Shown here piece after piece: positions 63,519-64,000 of a stretch of 64,000 nucleotides of DNA. The notes under the pieces were generated by a model. The model was given only the letters and a program-made list of their open reading frames with translations, searched no databases and was not told the DNA's origin. The stretch comes from Laetmonice hystrix. Its lineage: Eukaryota. A program made the position numbers and the translations under genes. Every line of letters begins with the position of its first letter. Positions within the stretch are counted from its first letter, which is position 1. The stretch is from positions 21,392,001 through 21,456,000 of the forward strand of contig OZ249436.1 in NCBI GenBank assembly GCA_965235115.1. Reading direction: 5' to 3'.

Positions 63519-64000
63519 GTAAGTACAAACCGACATAATCCTTTCACCATGTGAACTGCGTCTCAGTCATTGTGCTCCAAGGTCCTGGTTTTACTGTCTG
63601 TCTCCTTTTCCTCTCCTTCATCGTCAACTTTATCGCTGTAGCCTTTGTTGCACATTATGGTAACCCTGTATATATCCCTAACACTAATTGTGTACTGCAA
63701 TCCTGTCACATCACATATCTGCCGTGCCATTTTACTGCAATCCAGAAGGATCAGGTCCATTTGACATCTTTATCTACTGAAATATTTATGTTGAAAAAGA
63801 AACGGTGTCATCAGTTTAGTGAAAACAAGTGACATGGTTTGTAATACACGACAGACAAGTGATGTTCTATATTTATTATATGACTTCACTGACTGATTAC
63901 ATTTAATGGACAGATTTTCTGTTGTTTTGTTCTTTTTGTGTTTTAGGTTTGACCTATTTGTGTTGAAAATCAATCTGAATTAAAGGCAACTTGTAATCAG

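Overview
This is eukaryotic (animal, most likely marine invertebrate) genomic DNA, so the prokaryote-style ORF track is almost all noise. The one clearly identifiable gene is TSC2 (tuberin) on the + strand. It has 24 GT-AG coding exons from 52334 to 62648 (about 997 codons, frame checked across all junctions) and runs off the right edge before the Rap-GAP domain. It probably has a non-coding first exon near 49.2 kb and has a candidate 18-nt microexon at 63501-63518. The upstream ~46 kb has no recognisable multi-exon CDS. It holds several CpG-rich promoter-like patches and minus-strand splice signals, possibly the 5' region of a divergent gene whose body lies left of the window. It also holds two minisatellites with higher-order structure and many non-autonomous DNA transposons (Kolobok-like, IS3EU-like, Harbinger-like, hAT-like). 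The most notable items are: an internally deleted two-gene Kolobok element (THAP and KolX-like remnants) in a TSC2 intron; a foldback-type insertion flanked by a perfect 343-bp direct duplication in the TSC2 5' intron; a duplicated promoter core; and strong TAGGCCTA enrichment around the promoter. No CRISPR array, tRNA or rRNA was found, and I cannot support a wholly new biological system from this sequence alone.
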